This document shows, piece by piece, positions 26,283 to 35,587 of a stretch of 64,000 bases of DNA. The stretch spans positions 23,001 to 87,000 of the forward strand of contig CAYMTV010000002.1 of assembly GCA_964393525.1 (NCBI GenBank), given 5' to 3'. Below the pieces are notes generated by a model. The model saw only the letters and a program-made list of their open reading frames with translations, made no database searches and was not told where the DNA came from. The position numbers and the translations under genes are program-made. Numbering within the stretch: position 1 is the stretch's first letter; every line of letters begins with the position of its first letter. The DNA comes from an uncultured Gammaproteobacteria bacterium (lineage in GTDB: Bacteria > Patescibacteriota > Microgenomatia > Daviesbacterales > UBA10151).

Positions 26283-27421
26283 TGTTGTAATAATTTAAAC
26301 AGTCTTTTTTTTAATAAATTTGACTCATTTAATACCAATATGCCTATTCCAATGTTAATCCAAAAACTTTTAAATAGTACTGTCTCCCCGGTGCCCCAAC
26401 TTCCGGTGCTTAAAAAATTGTAATAATTTACAACCATCATAAACCCAATCAAATAAATCAACACCCACGATGAAGTTTTTAAATTTAAAAATGGCAAAAA
26501 CATATATAACCAAGTGTAATACCATAGTTGCCCGCCTTTAATTTGCAAGTATATAAATATTGCTAAACATAAAAATTTAAAAAAGATAGATCTTAAATTT
26601 TCTTTTAGAAAGATTGCTGGCAACGCCAGGAAACTTATATATTTTACTAGAACGGAAGCCAAAAATGAAAGCCAGCCCAAAATTGGGCGCTTTTTGGATA
26701 AAGCAAACATTGCTAAAAAAAAGAGACTAATCATTATTAAATCATTGTGTGAATTCATAAGTAGTTCTATTATCAAAAGAGGATTCAAAAACCACAAGGC
26801 AAAAACTTTTTTTTCTTGAGTAAGTTTGTAAAGAACTACACCAGATAAAAAGAAAACTAAAGCATTCAAAAGTTTTATTCCAAAAAAATTTAAAATAATT
26901 CTGCTTCCTGAAAATAAAATCGTCGGAATTAGGTAATAGAATAAAGATATCGGTCCGTATTGATAAGTACTGTCTACATTACGCGTAAAGCTTAATGCAA
27001 AATCTTCTTCTATAAATTCTATAGGAAGTACTGTAAATGGATTTACATGATACTGCCAAACCATCTTAGAATAAAACATATAGGAGAAAATATCATGAGA
27101 CAAAAAGGGATAGGAAAAAGAAAAAATTAAGGTGGTAATTGCAAACACTAGGAGTAATTTTTTTAAACTAAACTGTTTTGAAAATTTCGTTAAAAAGATT
27201 AATTGTAGAACAAAAAGTATAAAAGCTAAACTTATAAAGATGGGTGCCAAAAATTCCCTATTGGTATTTCCAAAATCCCTCAAGTTATGCAGGAAATTTA
27301 ACTGCTCGCGGGTTTGAGAAAGTGTCAATATTAAACCAAAATCCACCCAAAAATATGAAAATATAAAAAAGCCAGTCGTAGAAAGAATGAGTGCTGCCAA
27401 AAAAAGGTTGGGCTTACTCAT
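26279..27421 (-). CDS. Multi-TM GT-C-like transferase (GT87/MptAB-like)
   Basis: About 10 TM helices, PFLSHDIFSY, NPF, YGP, LNPL..E...NSHND, VKY. Confidence 0.7.
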   Translation of the reverse strand: MSKPNLFLAALILSTTGFFIFSYFWVDFGLILTLSQTREQLNFLHNLRDFGNTNREFLAPIFISLAFILFVLQLIFLTKFSKQFSLKKLLLVFAITTLIFSFSYPFLSHDIFSYMFYSKMVWQYHVNPFTVLPIEFIEEDFALSFTRNVDSTYQYGPISLFYYLIPTILFSGSRIILNFFGIKLLNALVFFLSGVVLYKLTQEKKVFALWFLNPLLIIELLMNSHNDLIMISLFFLAMFALSKKRPILGWLSFLASVLVKYISFLALPAIFLKENLRSIFFKFLCLAIFIYLQIKGGQLWYYTWLYMFLPFLNLKTSSWVLIYLIGFMMVVNYYNFLSTGSWGTGETVLFKSFWINIGIGILVLNESNLLKKRLFKLLQQ

Positions 27422-27426
27422 GACGC

Positions 27427-28929
27427 TTAGGGAGGCTCTTGCCTTTCCTCAGGTTTATATTTTTGATAGTAATCGGGCTGCTCTTTTGTTAAATCAATAA
27501 TCACAAACTTAGGATTTTGTTCAATAACCGTAAATTTTTTCATTAGCCAGTTTGTTTTGGCGTCGTAATTAACAGAGATATAGTAATTTACGCCGAACCT
27601 GTTTTTTAAATCGTCAATCGGGAAAGCCACCACCGGCCAGCCCGGTCTGTTGACATGATAAAGGAAGGATGTATCTCCCTGATAAGGTGCCACGACTACA
27701 GCATCTTTTGGTAAAATCTTATCCGCGTACTCGCCGGCGATCACTATTGAGTTGTTATTAATTTGATAAAGTCCCTTTACTTCATACCATCCAAAATATA
27801 AAGTTAAAACCAAAAACAGTAAGGCCAGAGGAATGGTCCAAATTCTTGGCAGAAACTGTGGTATTCCACCAATTAATGTCGTAAAACCTCTGGCTGTAAA
27901 TATAACCAGAGCCGGAACAATTAGAGTCTGATAATAATCGTGGGTTACATTCCCTGTTGCAAAAACTATTAAGTATATAAATGATGCTAAAGCCAAAAGG
28001 TGCAAAAGCCACCCTTCTTTTACCTCAGGTTTTTTCAGAAGTCCCAGAAAAAACAGGAATGAACCGGTAACTGTTAAAATCTCTCGGCCAAAACGGTCAC
28101 CTAAAATCCATCTAAAAAATGCCGGACGAAATCTTATTCCATTCCCATTGAGTAACCAGTTTGAAGCAGGTATTCCCTCCGGATGCTGACTTATCCAAAA
28201 TCTCCAGGCAATAAACGGGATTATTGAAGGAATAAACCAAAGAGCATATCTTGATGGAATTGGAAACAATCTTCCCTCCTTTTTATAGTAAACATATATC
28301 AGAGGGAGGAGATAAAAAATGGCAGTCGGTTTTGTCAAAAATGCCAAGGTTGTAAATATTACTGCCCCAAGATAAAGCTTCATTTTATCCTCTCGGATCC
28401 AACGGTCCGTGAAGTAAAACATACCGAGGCAAAAGAATACTAAAGAAGGTTCAGGTAAGACTACCCGGGAGAAAAAAATGTTAAAAGGTAAAAGTCCAAA
28501 AAGAAAAGCCGAAAGCATGGCTGTGGCTCTCCCAAAATACCTTTTTGCAATCAAATAAACAAAAATTAGCGAGCCCAGAGAAAACAGCACCGATGTCAGC
28601 CTGGCAAATCTTATATCAACACCACCGTTTAAAAGGTATGCAAAATAAACCAGGCTGTTATATATTGGAAATTCAACCAGCCGGAAGCGTTCGGTGTTTG
28701 GGTTGGGATTTTCCGCAACCCCTGACATATCATCATACCTTGGTAAAAAAGGATTAAAGCCTTCCTTTAAGAAATTTCTTGATACCGCTGCGGTGTCTGC
28801 TTGTCTCCAGGCGTGCCAGTCAGCGACAGCACTTTCAATCTTATATAACCTGACTGCAAATGCCAAGATGACTATTAGAATCAACCAGAAATATTCAGAT
28901 TTAAGAACTTTAAAAATATAAGTAATCAT
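27427..28929 (-). CDS. ArnT/PMT-like (GT39/GT83) membrane glycosyltransferase
   Basis: WRQADTAAVSRNF, EFPIY, FSR..LPE, LTKP, HDYYQ; multi-TM. Confidence 0.8.
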   Translation of the reverse strand: MITYIFKVLKSEYFWLILIVILAFAVRLYKIESAVADWHAWRQADTAAVSRNFLKEGFNPFLPRYDDMSGVAENPNPNTERFRLVEFPIYNSLVYFAYLLNGGVDIRFARLTSVLFSLGSLIFVYLIAKRYFGRATAMLSAFLFGLLPFNIFFSRVVLPEPSLVFFCLGMFYFTDRWIREDKMKLYLGAVIFTTLAFLTKPTAIFYLLPLIYVYYKKEGRLFPIPSRYALWFIPSIIPFIAWRFWISQHPEGIPASNWLLNGNGIRFRPAFFRWILGDRFGREILTVTGSFLFFLGLLKKPEVKEGWLLHLLALASFIYLIVFATGNVTHDYYQTLIVPALVIFTARGFTTLIGGIPQFLPRIWTIPLALLFLVLTLYFGWYEVKGLYQINNNSIVIAGEYADKILPKDAVVVAPYQGDTSFLYHVNRPGWPVVAFPIDDLKNRFGVNYYISVNYDAKTNWLMKKFTVIEQNPKFVIIDLTKEQPDYYQKYKPEERQEPP

Positions 28930-30362
28930 TCTGCATCTTTAAAATTTCTTATCACAGCCCAAGATACTCCCAGAATAAACCACAAAATACTGGCAACTTT
29001 TGAAGCCTCCAAAACATCTATAAATATACCTGTTAAAAGTACAGCAATCAAAGAACAAAGCGCACCTATGGTAAATGATTTTTCAAAGCTGATATTTTGT
29101 CTTATAAATTTAACCATACTCTTTATTATGAAAATAAATATTAGAGCTAATGCAAGTGTTCCCAAAATTCCTACTTCTCCTAAGGAGCGCAAAAAGTCAT
29201 TATCTGTGGCAATCGTGATTGAAGAGTAACCAGTTCCAAGGAATGGATTTTTATAAAACGCCCGCAGCGCCCTTGGCCACTCTACATCAAACCTAATACC
29301 AAAGGAGCGGGAAACTTCAAGTTCGGTGTAGTTTATGGGTTCTCCCGGGGCAATATCTGCCGGAACTGAAGATATCGTGGCACCGCTTTCTGTAGCTCCT
29401 TGAATTGACTCCCGCAAAATCGCAGCTTTTGAGCTTTCAGACAATTTTCTTAAGTTTGGCGGAGGACCGGCAGGTACATACTTTGGCCCTCCTCCTCCAA
29501 GTAAATTAACTGTTATTGTCGCAACCAGTCTGTGACGCAAATCAGGGACTGCTGCAACCATCCCTAAAGCCAAAATTATAAGCACCCCAACAAGAATTTT
29601 TTTCTGATTTAACCAAAGGCTTAAAGAAAGGGCTATGAGTGTTGCAACAAAAGATACCCTGGCAGCTGTAAGTCCCAGCAGTGCAAAACTCAAGATGCTT
29701 CCCAAAAAAATTGCCAGCTTGCTTTTGAAATTTTTATAGACAAAAAACAAACTTGCGGTAAATGAAAGAACAATTGACAAAAACACCGCCAAATCATAAT
29801 GGCCGGCAAATGTTGAGTTTACCCTGGCCTCGGGGGATAAAAGTAAAATCAGTCCTTTAGAAAACTCCCTGTTGGTGGTTGAAATTACAGGAAACTTTAG
29901 CCACTCCTGACCGAATCCATAAACTACTACTATTAATCCAACAATAAGTCCTGCCTTTAAGATTGTTTTTACCTGAGATAAAGATGTAATGGTGGTCGAA
30001 GCTACGACAAAAAACGTCATATACTCGATCCTTCTTAGCCAATGCAAAACTCCCAAATGCGGCGTAATTGAGTGAGTAATCAGCAGTGCAGAAATAATGG
30101 ATAAACCTCCTATTATCCAAAAAAGAATAAATGCCTGATAAATTGGCTGTTTTAAATACTCAAAAATCTTAAATTGCTTTTTGTAGACCCAAAACAGCGC
30201 AACTGCGGCAAACAGGATGTCCTCAATTCTTATCGCTACATAAGTTTTTGGGATATTTAAAAGGGGGAATTTAGGGTAGAGGGGGATAAAAATCATCAGC
30301 GCAAGCAGAAGCTTAAAAAGAGCTTTGTCGGACTTTAGAAAATTTGCAATTTTTTTAAACAT
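28926..30362 (-). CDS. O-antigen ligase/Wzy_C-like membrane protein
   Basis: Multi-TM, RVNSTFAGH, TAARVS, R...WPRAL..F.KNPFLGTGY, TDNDFLRSLGEVGILG. Confidence 0.8.
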   Translation of the reverse strand: MFKKIANFLKSDKALFKLLLALMIFIPLYPKFPLLNIPKTYVAIRIEDILFAAVALFWVYKKQFKIFEYLKQPIYQAFILFWIIGGLSIISALLITHSITPHLGVLHWLRRIEYMTFFVVASTTITSLSQVKTILKAGLIVGLIVVVYGFGQEWLKFPVISTTNREFSKGLILLLSPEARVNSTFAGHYDLAVFLSIVLSFTASLFFVYKNFKSKLAIFLGSILSFALLGLTAARVSFVATLIALSLSLWLNQKKILVGVLIILALGMVAAVPDLRHRLVATITVNLLGGGGPKYVPAGPPPNLRKLSESSKAAILRESIQGATESGATISSVPADIAPGEPINYTELEVSRSFGIRFDVEWPRALRAFYKNPFLGTGYSSITIATDNDFLRSLGEVGILGTLALALIFIFIIKSMVKFIRQNISFEKSFTIGALCSLIAVLLTGIFIDVLEASKVASILWFILGVSWAVIRNFKDAE

Positions 30363-31233
30363 TTAAAAGAACCTTTCCATAAATCAAAGCTTTTTCTTTT
30401 TTCCCGGTTAATAAGAAAGCAATTGCCCGTAAAATGATTGCAGCGTAAACAAATATTCTTACGAAAAAACCTGCGATCAATCCAAAATTTTCGTTATAAA
30501 ATCTTATCAGGCCCTGAAATTCTCCCTTCCATTGGGAGAGTCTTGGGTTTTTAGAGCTTGCTCCGCTGATGTGTTTTATCCTTACTTTAGGATTGATCAT
30601 TATTCTGTAACCTACTTTCTTTGCCCTGAAACACAAATCAACATCTTCAAAATACATAAAGTAGTTTTCATTAAAGTAGCCTATCCGATCGAGTATTTTT
30701 TTTCTTGCAAACATAAATGTTCCTCCAACCCAATCAACATCTTTGGCTTTTTGGTAATACTCATTATCAACCCTGTGGAAATTAGGAAAATTTTTAAAGT
30801 CTAAATTAAAAAGCCATGTAAAAAGGGCTACCCCAAAGGGTAAATCCCCACCGTTGGAATCAAGCCCCCCTTTTTGGTCTAACAATATACAACTGCTAAT
30901 TGCACAATCTGGATTAGCATCCATAAATTTAACCATCTCCTGTACTTCAATGCTTCCAAATTCCGTATCCGGATTTAATATTAATACATAATCATCGGTG
31001 ATTTTTTTTAAAATTTTGTTTTGACCTTTTGCAAAGCCAAGGTTTTCCCGGCTTTCTATTAATCCGACATCAGAGAATTCTTTCTTTAACATCTCAACGC
31101 TTCCATCGGAAGAGTTATTATCCAAAACCCAAATATTTAGCTTTTGTGATATTTGCTGTTTTTTTAACTGCTTTAGGCAATTTTTCAAAAAATCTTTGGT
31201 ATTAAACTCGACAATCGATACTCCAACCGGCAT
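30355..31233 (-). CDS. GT2 glycosyltransferase (WbbL-like)
   Basis: LDNNSSDGS, NLGFAKGQN, LNPD, DWVGG, YFMYFEDVDLC. Confidence 0.92.
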   Translation of the reverse strand: MPVGVSIVEFNTKDFLKNCLKQLKKQQISQKLNIWVLDNNSSDGSVEMLKKEFSDVGLIESRENLGFAKGQNKILKKITDDYVLILNPDTEFGSIEVQEMVKFMDANPDCAISSCILLDQKGGLDSNGGDLPFGVALFTWLFNLDFKNFPNFHRVDNEYYQKAKDVDWVGGTFMFARKKILDRIGYFNENYFMYFEDVDLCFRAKKVGYRIMINPKVRIKHISGASSKNPRLSQWKGEFQGLIRFYNENFGLIAGFFVRIFVYAAIILRAIAFLLTGKKEKALIYGKVLLNV

Positions 31234-31802
31234 TAATATTCCCTCCAGGATTTAATAAACAATTTATAGAGGGCTATCCCTGTCATCCAAATTCCAACAT
31301 AAACAATTATCCTGGCAAAGGGAGAAGAGGGGTAATATCTTAAGGTTGTTTTTGAATTGTAAAATACTCCGTCTATGTGGATAGTATCGCTGTAAAAACT
31401 GTGAGGAATATGTTGGAGATCATTTAAAACTTTTATGTCAAGTCCGCCGACAAAAATAGAATCTCTTAGTGGATACGTATATTCCTCAAGGAAAGTGGTT
31501 TTTAGCTGGTCTCTGATATAAGTATAAGCGTATTCTGGCGGATGATTTAACTTAATAGCAGGAATAAAGAAAGGCCAAAAATTACTTAACTGGTAGTGTC
31601 TTTTATAAAGACTAGTTATTTCTTCGCGCCTCCAAAAAGAATAATAGGCTGAAACATTTGGAATTTGGATAGTATCACCCTCCTCATTTGACTTTAAAGA
31701 ATCCGGTATAGGAGGAAAATTATCAATTGAAGTGGGTCCTGGATATAAGATATAGATGAAACCAACAATAAATATCAGCCTTAATATGATTTTTCTTACC
31801 AT
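31233..31802 (-). CDS. Hypothetical protein with N- and C-terminal TM helices
   Basis: 189-aa ORF coupled (TAATG) to the downstream gene. No family recognised. Confidence 0.75.
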   Translation of the reverse strand: MVRKIILRLIFIVGFIYILYPGPTSIDNFPPIPDSLKSNEEGDTIQIPNVSAYYSFWRREEITSLYKRHYQLSNFWPFFIPAIKLNHPPEYAYTYIRDQLKTTFLEEYTYPLRDSIFVGGLDIKVLNDLQHIPHSFYSDTIHIDGVFYNSKTTLRYYPSSPFARIIVYVGIWMTGIALYKLFIKSWREY

Positions 31803-31919
31803 TATTGAAAAAGTCTAGCTCTTCCCAATTTATAATTAGGATTTTTACTTTTGCGTGGCAAAAGAAGAATCCAACTATTGGAATAGACGAGCTCTACCTA
31901 GTTTATAAGTAGGATTCTT
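31802..31919 (-). repeat. Synonymously diverged duplicate of the acetyltransferase 3' end, with an intervening hairpin
   Basis: 31875-31919 encodes KNPTYKLGRARLFQ* and 31802-31846 encodes KNPNYKLGRARLFQ*. The hairpin CTTTTGC-GTG-GCAAAAG lies between them. Confidence 0.9.
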
Positions 31920-32525
31920 ATTATTTCTTTCACCAATCACTTTCGCCGGGACTCCACCAACTATCTTAAAGTTTTCTACATCTTTTGTGACAACCGCTCC
32001 TGCGCCAACAACTGCACCTTTGCCAATTTTAACTCCGGGCAAAATTATCACTTTGGGGCCGATAAAAACATAATCACCAATTTCAACCGGAGCGGTTATC
32101 GGATGAAAATCTTCCGAGTGGATATCGTGCTCGGAATTATAAATCATTACATCTGAGGCAATATCAACATAGTTACCAATTGTCAATTTATCTCTTCCAT
32201 CCAAAAAAGCATTCTGTCCGATAATGCTTCCCTCACCAATTGAGATATTTGAAGGGTAAAAAAATTGCGTTCCCATGTGAATGTGAGCACCCTTTCCAAT
32301 TTGGACTCCATCCAGTGTGTAAAATATCCACCTAGCCCAAAAAATTGGTATAAATCCAATAAGTCTTAAGATAAACAGCTCAATATCCAAAAGATAGTTA
32401 TAAAACCTGTTAAAAACCTTGATAATGGCCTGACTAAACTTTAACTCTTTTCCTCCTTTGTCTTTGAAGACAATTTTTGGAATAAAGTTATTGAAGCTTA
32501 ACGATACGTTTTCCGAAAAAAACAT
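31875..32525 (-). CDS. Hexapeptide-repeat O-acetyltransferase
   Basis: Left-handed beta-helix repeats, IGDYVFIG, GAVVGAGAVVTKDV, GGVPAKVI. Confidence 0.92.
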   Translation of the reverse strand: MFFSENVSLSFNNFIPKIVFKDKGGKELKFSQAIIKVFNRFYNYLLDIELFILRLIGFIPIFWARWIFYTLDGVQIGKGAHIHMGTQFFYPSNISIGEGSIIGQNAFLDGRDKLTIGNYVDIASDVMIYNSEHDIHSEDFHPITAPVEIGDYVFIGPKVIILPGVKIGKGAVVGAGAVVTKDVENFKIVGGVPAKVIGERNNKNPTYKLGRARLFQ

Positions 32526-32565
32526 TATATATAGTTTACCCCTCTAACCAATTATAAGGCAAGGA

Positions 32566-33453
32566 TCATGGAAGATTCTTGAATTTATTTAATATTTCCT
32601 CATCGCTTAAAACCATTTCTTTTTTTTCTTTAGCTCGGGCTTCTGAGATTTTTGGATATTTATTTAATGCGCTAATAAAAGTAAGCCAGTAACTAGGGTT
32701 TAAAAACAGTTTTCTTAAAAGGGCTATCAGATGTTTATTTATCATATTTTTACTGGTGATATTTTTCCAGATAAACAAAAGCTGATTTCTTTGAGCTATT
32801 TTTGAGATATACTCTTTCGAAAAATTCTGCGCTATAACTCCCGGATGCCTGTAATGTTCAACTTGGGCTTTAGGTTCCCAAAGGTTAATATATCCTCTTT
32901 TAACAGCCCGATAGCCCAAATCTACATCTTCCTCATAAAACGGATTAAATACTTCATCCAGTCCACCTAATTTTTCCCATAAATCCTTCCGAAATATTCC
33001 ACTGCCACCGGAAGACCAAAGTGTTTCATGGGTTTCTAGCTTTTCTCCATGTTCCGCTTGAAAGTGCCAGAAGAATCCATCTGTAAAACGTGCCCATGAC
33101 CAATTTCCCTCGGTATTGCAGCTAACCGAGAAGACTTTTGGGTTGTCAAAATGGTTAATAACTTCATTTAAACAATCTTTCTTGGGTACTGCATCTGTAT
33201 TGAGAAGAAATACAAAATCTGCCCTAGCATTTTTTACTCCTACATTTACCGTGGAAGCAAACCCTTCATTCTTATTTTTTTGTATGAGTTTAATTTGAGG
33301 ATATCTAGTTTGCAAAAAATTAACACTATCATCTGTTGATTTATCATCAACAACAATTACCTCATCCACTCCTTCAACCTCTAAAACCTGTGGCAAGTTT
33401 TTTTCAAGCTTATCCTTCCCATTCCAGTTTGGGATTACTATTGATGCATTCAT
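32566..33453 (-). CDS. GT2 glycosyltransferase
   Basis: SIVIPNWNG, VVDDKSTD, LLNTD, FNPFYEEDVDLG. Confidence 0.92.
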   Translation of the reverse strand: MNASIVIPNWNGKDKLEKNLPQVLEVEGVDEVIVVDDKSTDDSVNFLQTRYPQIKLIQKNKNEGFASTVNVGVKNARADFVFLLNTDAVPKKDCLNEVINHFDNPKVFSVSCNTEGNWSWARFTDGFFWHFQAEHGEKLETHETLWSSGGSGIFRKDLWEKLGGLDEVFNPFYEEDVDLGYRAVKRGYINLWEPKAQVEHYRHPGVIAQNFSKEYISKIAQRNQLLFIWKNITSKNMINKHLIALLRKLFLNPSYWLTFISALNKYPKISEARAKEKKEMVLSDEEILNKFKNLP

Positions 33454-34565
33454 ACTGACTTAAGCACTTGAATTACCTCCTTGGCCATTTTTTTGAAAGA
33501 GAACTTTTTCGCCCTTTCTAAACCTAACTTTGATAATTTATCTCTAAGTTTTTTATCCGTTGATATGGTTCGGATTGCCTGCTCTATTTGGTCTGCCGAG
33601 TCGGGATTTACCAGTAGACCAGCGTTTCCAATAACCTCAGGCAGGGATGAAACGTTAGATGCAATGACCGGAGTTCCACAGGCCATAGCTTCAATAACAG
33701 GTATTCCAAAACCCTCCCATAAAGAAGGCAATATGAAAGCTTCTGCGCCATTTATTAAGTAAGGCATCTTGCTGTCTGGGACAAAGCCTGTAAAAACAAC
33801 CTTTTCTTCTATCCCGAGCTCTTTTGGCCTACTTAAAATTTCATCATACATCCAACCTTCTTTCCCATCTCCTTTGGCTTTGCCTACTATTACCAGTTTT
33901 AAGTTCTCAATATTCTTGAAAGACTCTATCAATTTTATAATATTTTTTTTTGGTTGGACTGTCCCTATGAAAATAATATACTTTCCCTCAATTCCATAGC
34001 TTCTCTTAACTTGATTAACCTCATCTGAATCATTAATTGGCATATAAATTGAATTGTCATATCCTGGGTAAGCCACGGTTATCTTTTCCTTGGGAATTTT
34101 GTAGTTTTTTAGTAAGTCTTTTTTTGTAGAATTTGAAATTGTAATTATGTGTGATGAATTTAATATAGAATATTTCGTCCAGTTTATGAGCTTATACAAA
34201 TCTTTTTTTTGAAAAGTTTGCGGAAAATGTAAAAAAGCCAGATCAAAAATTGTGCAAACTCTCTTAATATTCGTTATGTTAGGGATATAATGCGTAGGTG
34301 AAAAGAAAACATGAGGTTTATTCTTAGTAAACTTAATTTTTAAGGGTAAGGCGAGTCTGGTCCAGAAAAATTTTGGTTTTAGAACTTCATACTTAAACCC
34401 TTCTCTTGGAGCAGGCATGTCTAAAACGGGTTTATCCGGCAAAAACACCGTATAATCGTTTTCCAAATCATTCGCCTCAAAGGTTCGAATTAGTTCATAA
34501 GCTATTTGGCCTGATCCAAGCCTTTGAGAAACATTTGCTTCATATCCATCGACCCAAATATTCAT
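33450..34565 (-). CDS. GT4 glycosyltransferase (MtfB-like)
   Basis: TIFDL, GTVQPKKN, PSLWEGFGIPVIEAMACG. Confidence 0.93.
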   Translation of the reverse strand: MNIWVDGYEANVSQRLGSGQIAYELIRTFEANDLENDYTVFLPDKPVLDMPAPREGFKYEVLKPKFFWTRLALPLKIKFTKNKPHVFFSPTHYIPNITNIKRVCTIFDLAFLHFPQTFQKKDLYKLINWTKYSILNSSHIITISNSTKKDLLKNYKIPKEKITVAYPGYDNSIYMPINDSDEVNQVKRSYGIEGKYIIFIGTVQPKKNIIKLIESFKNIENLKLVIVGKAKGDGKEGWMYDEILSRPKELGIEEKVVFTGFVPDSKMPYLINGAEAFILPSLWEGFGIPVIEAMACGTPVIASNVSSLPEVIGNAGLLVNPDSADQIEQAIRTISTDKKLRDKLSKLGLERAKKFSFKKMAKEVIQVLKSV

Positions 34566-35566
34566 TTTATTAAACTCCTGTACAAGCTGGCAGTTTCTTC
34601 AGCGCATTTTTCCCAACTAAAGAACTTAGCACGTTCCTCCCCTTTTTTTATTACAAAATCTTTTTCGCTTATAGCCTCTTCTATTCCTTTTTTAATTTGG
34701 CTCAGATCTGTGGGATCTACAATTATTGCCGCGTCTCCCGCAATCTCAGGCATTGATGAAACATTGGAGGTAACCACCGGACATCTGCAAGCCATTGCTT
34801 CAATTATTGGCAAACCAAAACCTTCATATAAAGTTGTATAGACTAAGCAATCGGCAGAAGAATATAATAGTGGCGTGTCATCTGCCGGAATGTAGGGTAA
34901 ATCTTCACCCATTATCACTAAATTATAACCATCAGATGCTTGTTTGATCCTTCTTAAATTTTTTCTTTCTCCGATTCCCCCTATTGCTAAAATAAAATGT
35001 TCCGGTAAGCTATATTTTTTCTTAAACTCAAAAACTTTGCGCTCGGGTTGAGGTTTATATATCTCTGAGACCCCCTCATAGATTATTACAATCTTTTCCC
35101 CAGGAATATTGGAAACTGACATTAAATCTTTTTTAGTACTTTCTGAAACTGCTATTACCATATCGATTTCTTTTTCTACTATTTTTAACCTTGTTTTATG
35201 AACTTCGGAAATTTTGGGATGAGACCAGTTTGGGAATTTTATTGGTACAAGGTCGTGATAGGTTGTTACTTTTTTTGCTTTGGTTTTTGGTTGAGTTCAT
35301 TCGGAGCTGTGGAAAATATCATTATTGCCAACAAATGATCCTATTGGAAATTTGCGGTATTTGTTAAACAGAATTTCAAGCAGTGTCGGCGGCATTGGAA
35401 ATTTTGCCACATTTTTAAGACTTCCTTTGTATGGCTTTCGGAGGGACGAATAAAAGAATTTCATTTGAAAATCCCTAATCCTTGACAGTTGTTCTGCAAG
35501 TTTATCGGTGTATACACCTACTCCCCCGCCATGGGCACTTTGTGAGATGTCAAATCCTACTACCAT
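34562..35566 (-). pseudogene. GT4 glycosyltransferase interrupted by one in-frame TGA (35297-35299)
   Basis: The two ORF-track pieces are in the same frame and read ...DIFHSSE*TQPKTKAKKVTTYHDLVP...EIDMVIAVS... with no other stop. Confidence 0.8.
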
Positions 35567-35587
35567 ATTGTTAATTGTATCAAAGCG

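Noticed and set aside
35297-35299. Genome-wide TGA reassignment (code 4/25) or selenocysteine
   Set aside because: TGA ends many genes here at their expected C-termini, often in ATGA overlaps. No other gene has an internal TGA, and a GT4 is not a selenoprotein candidate.
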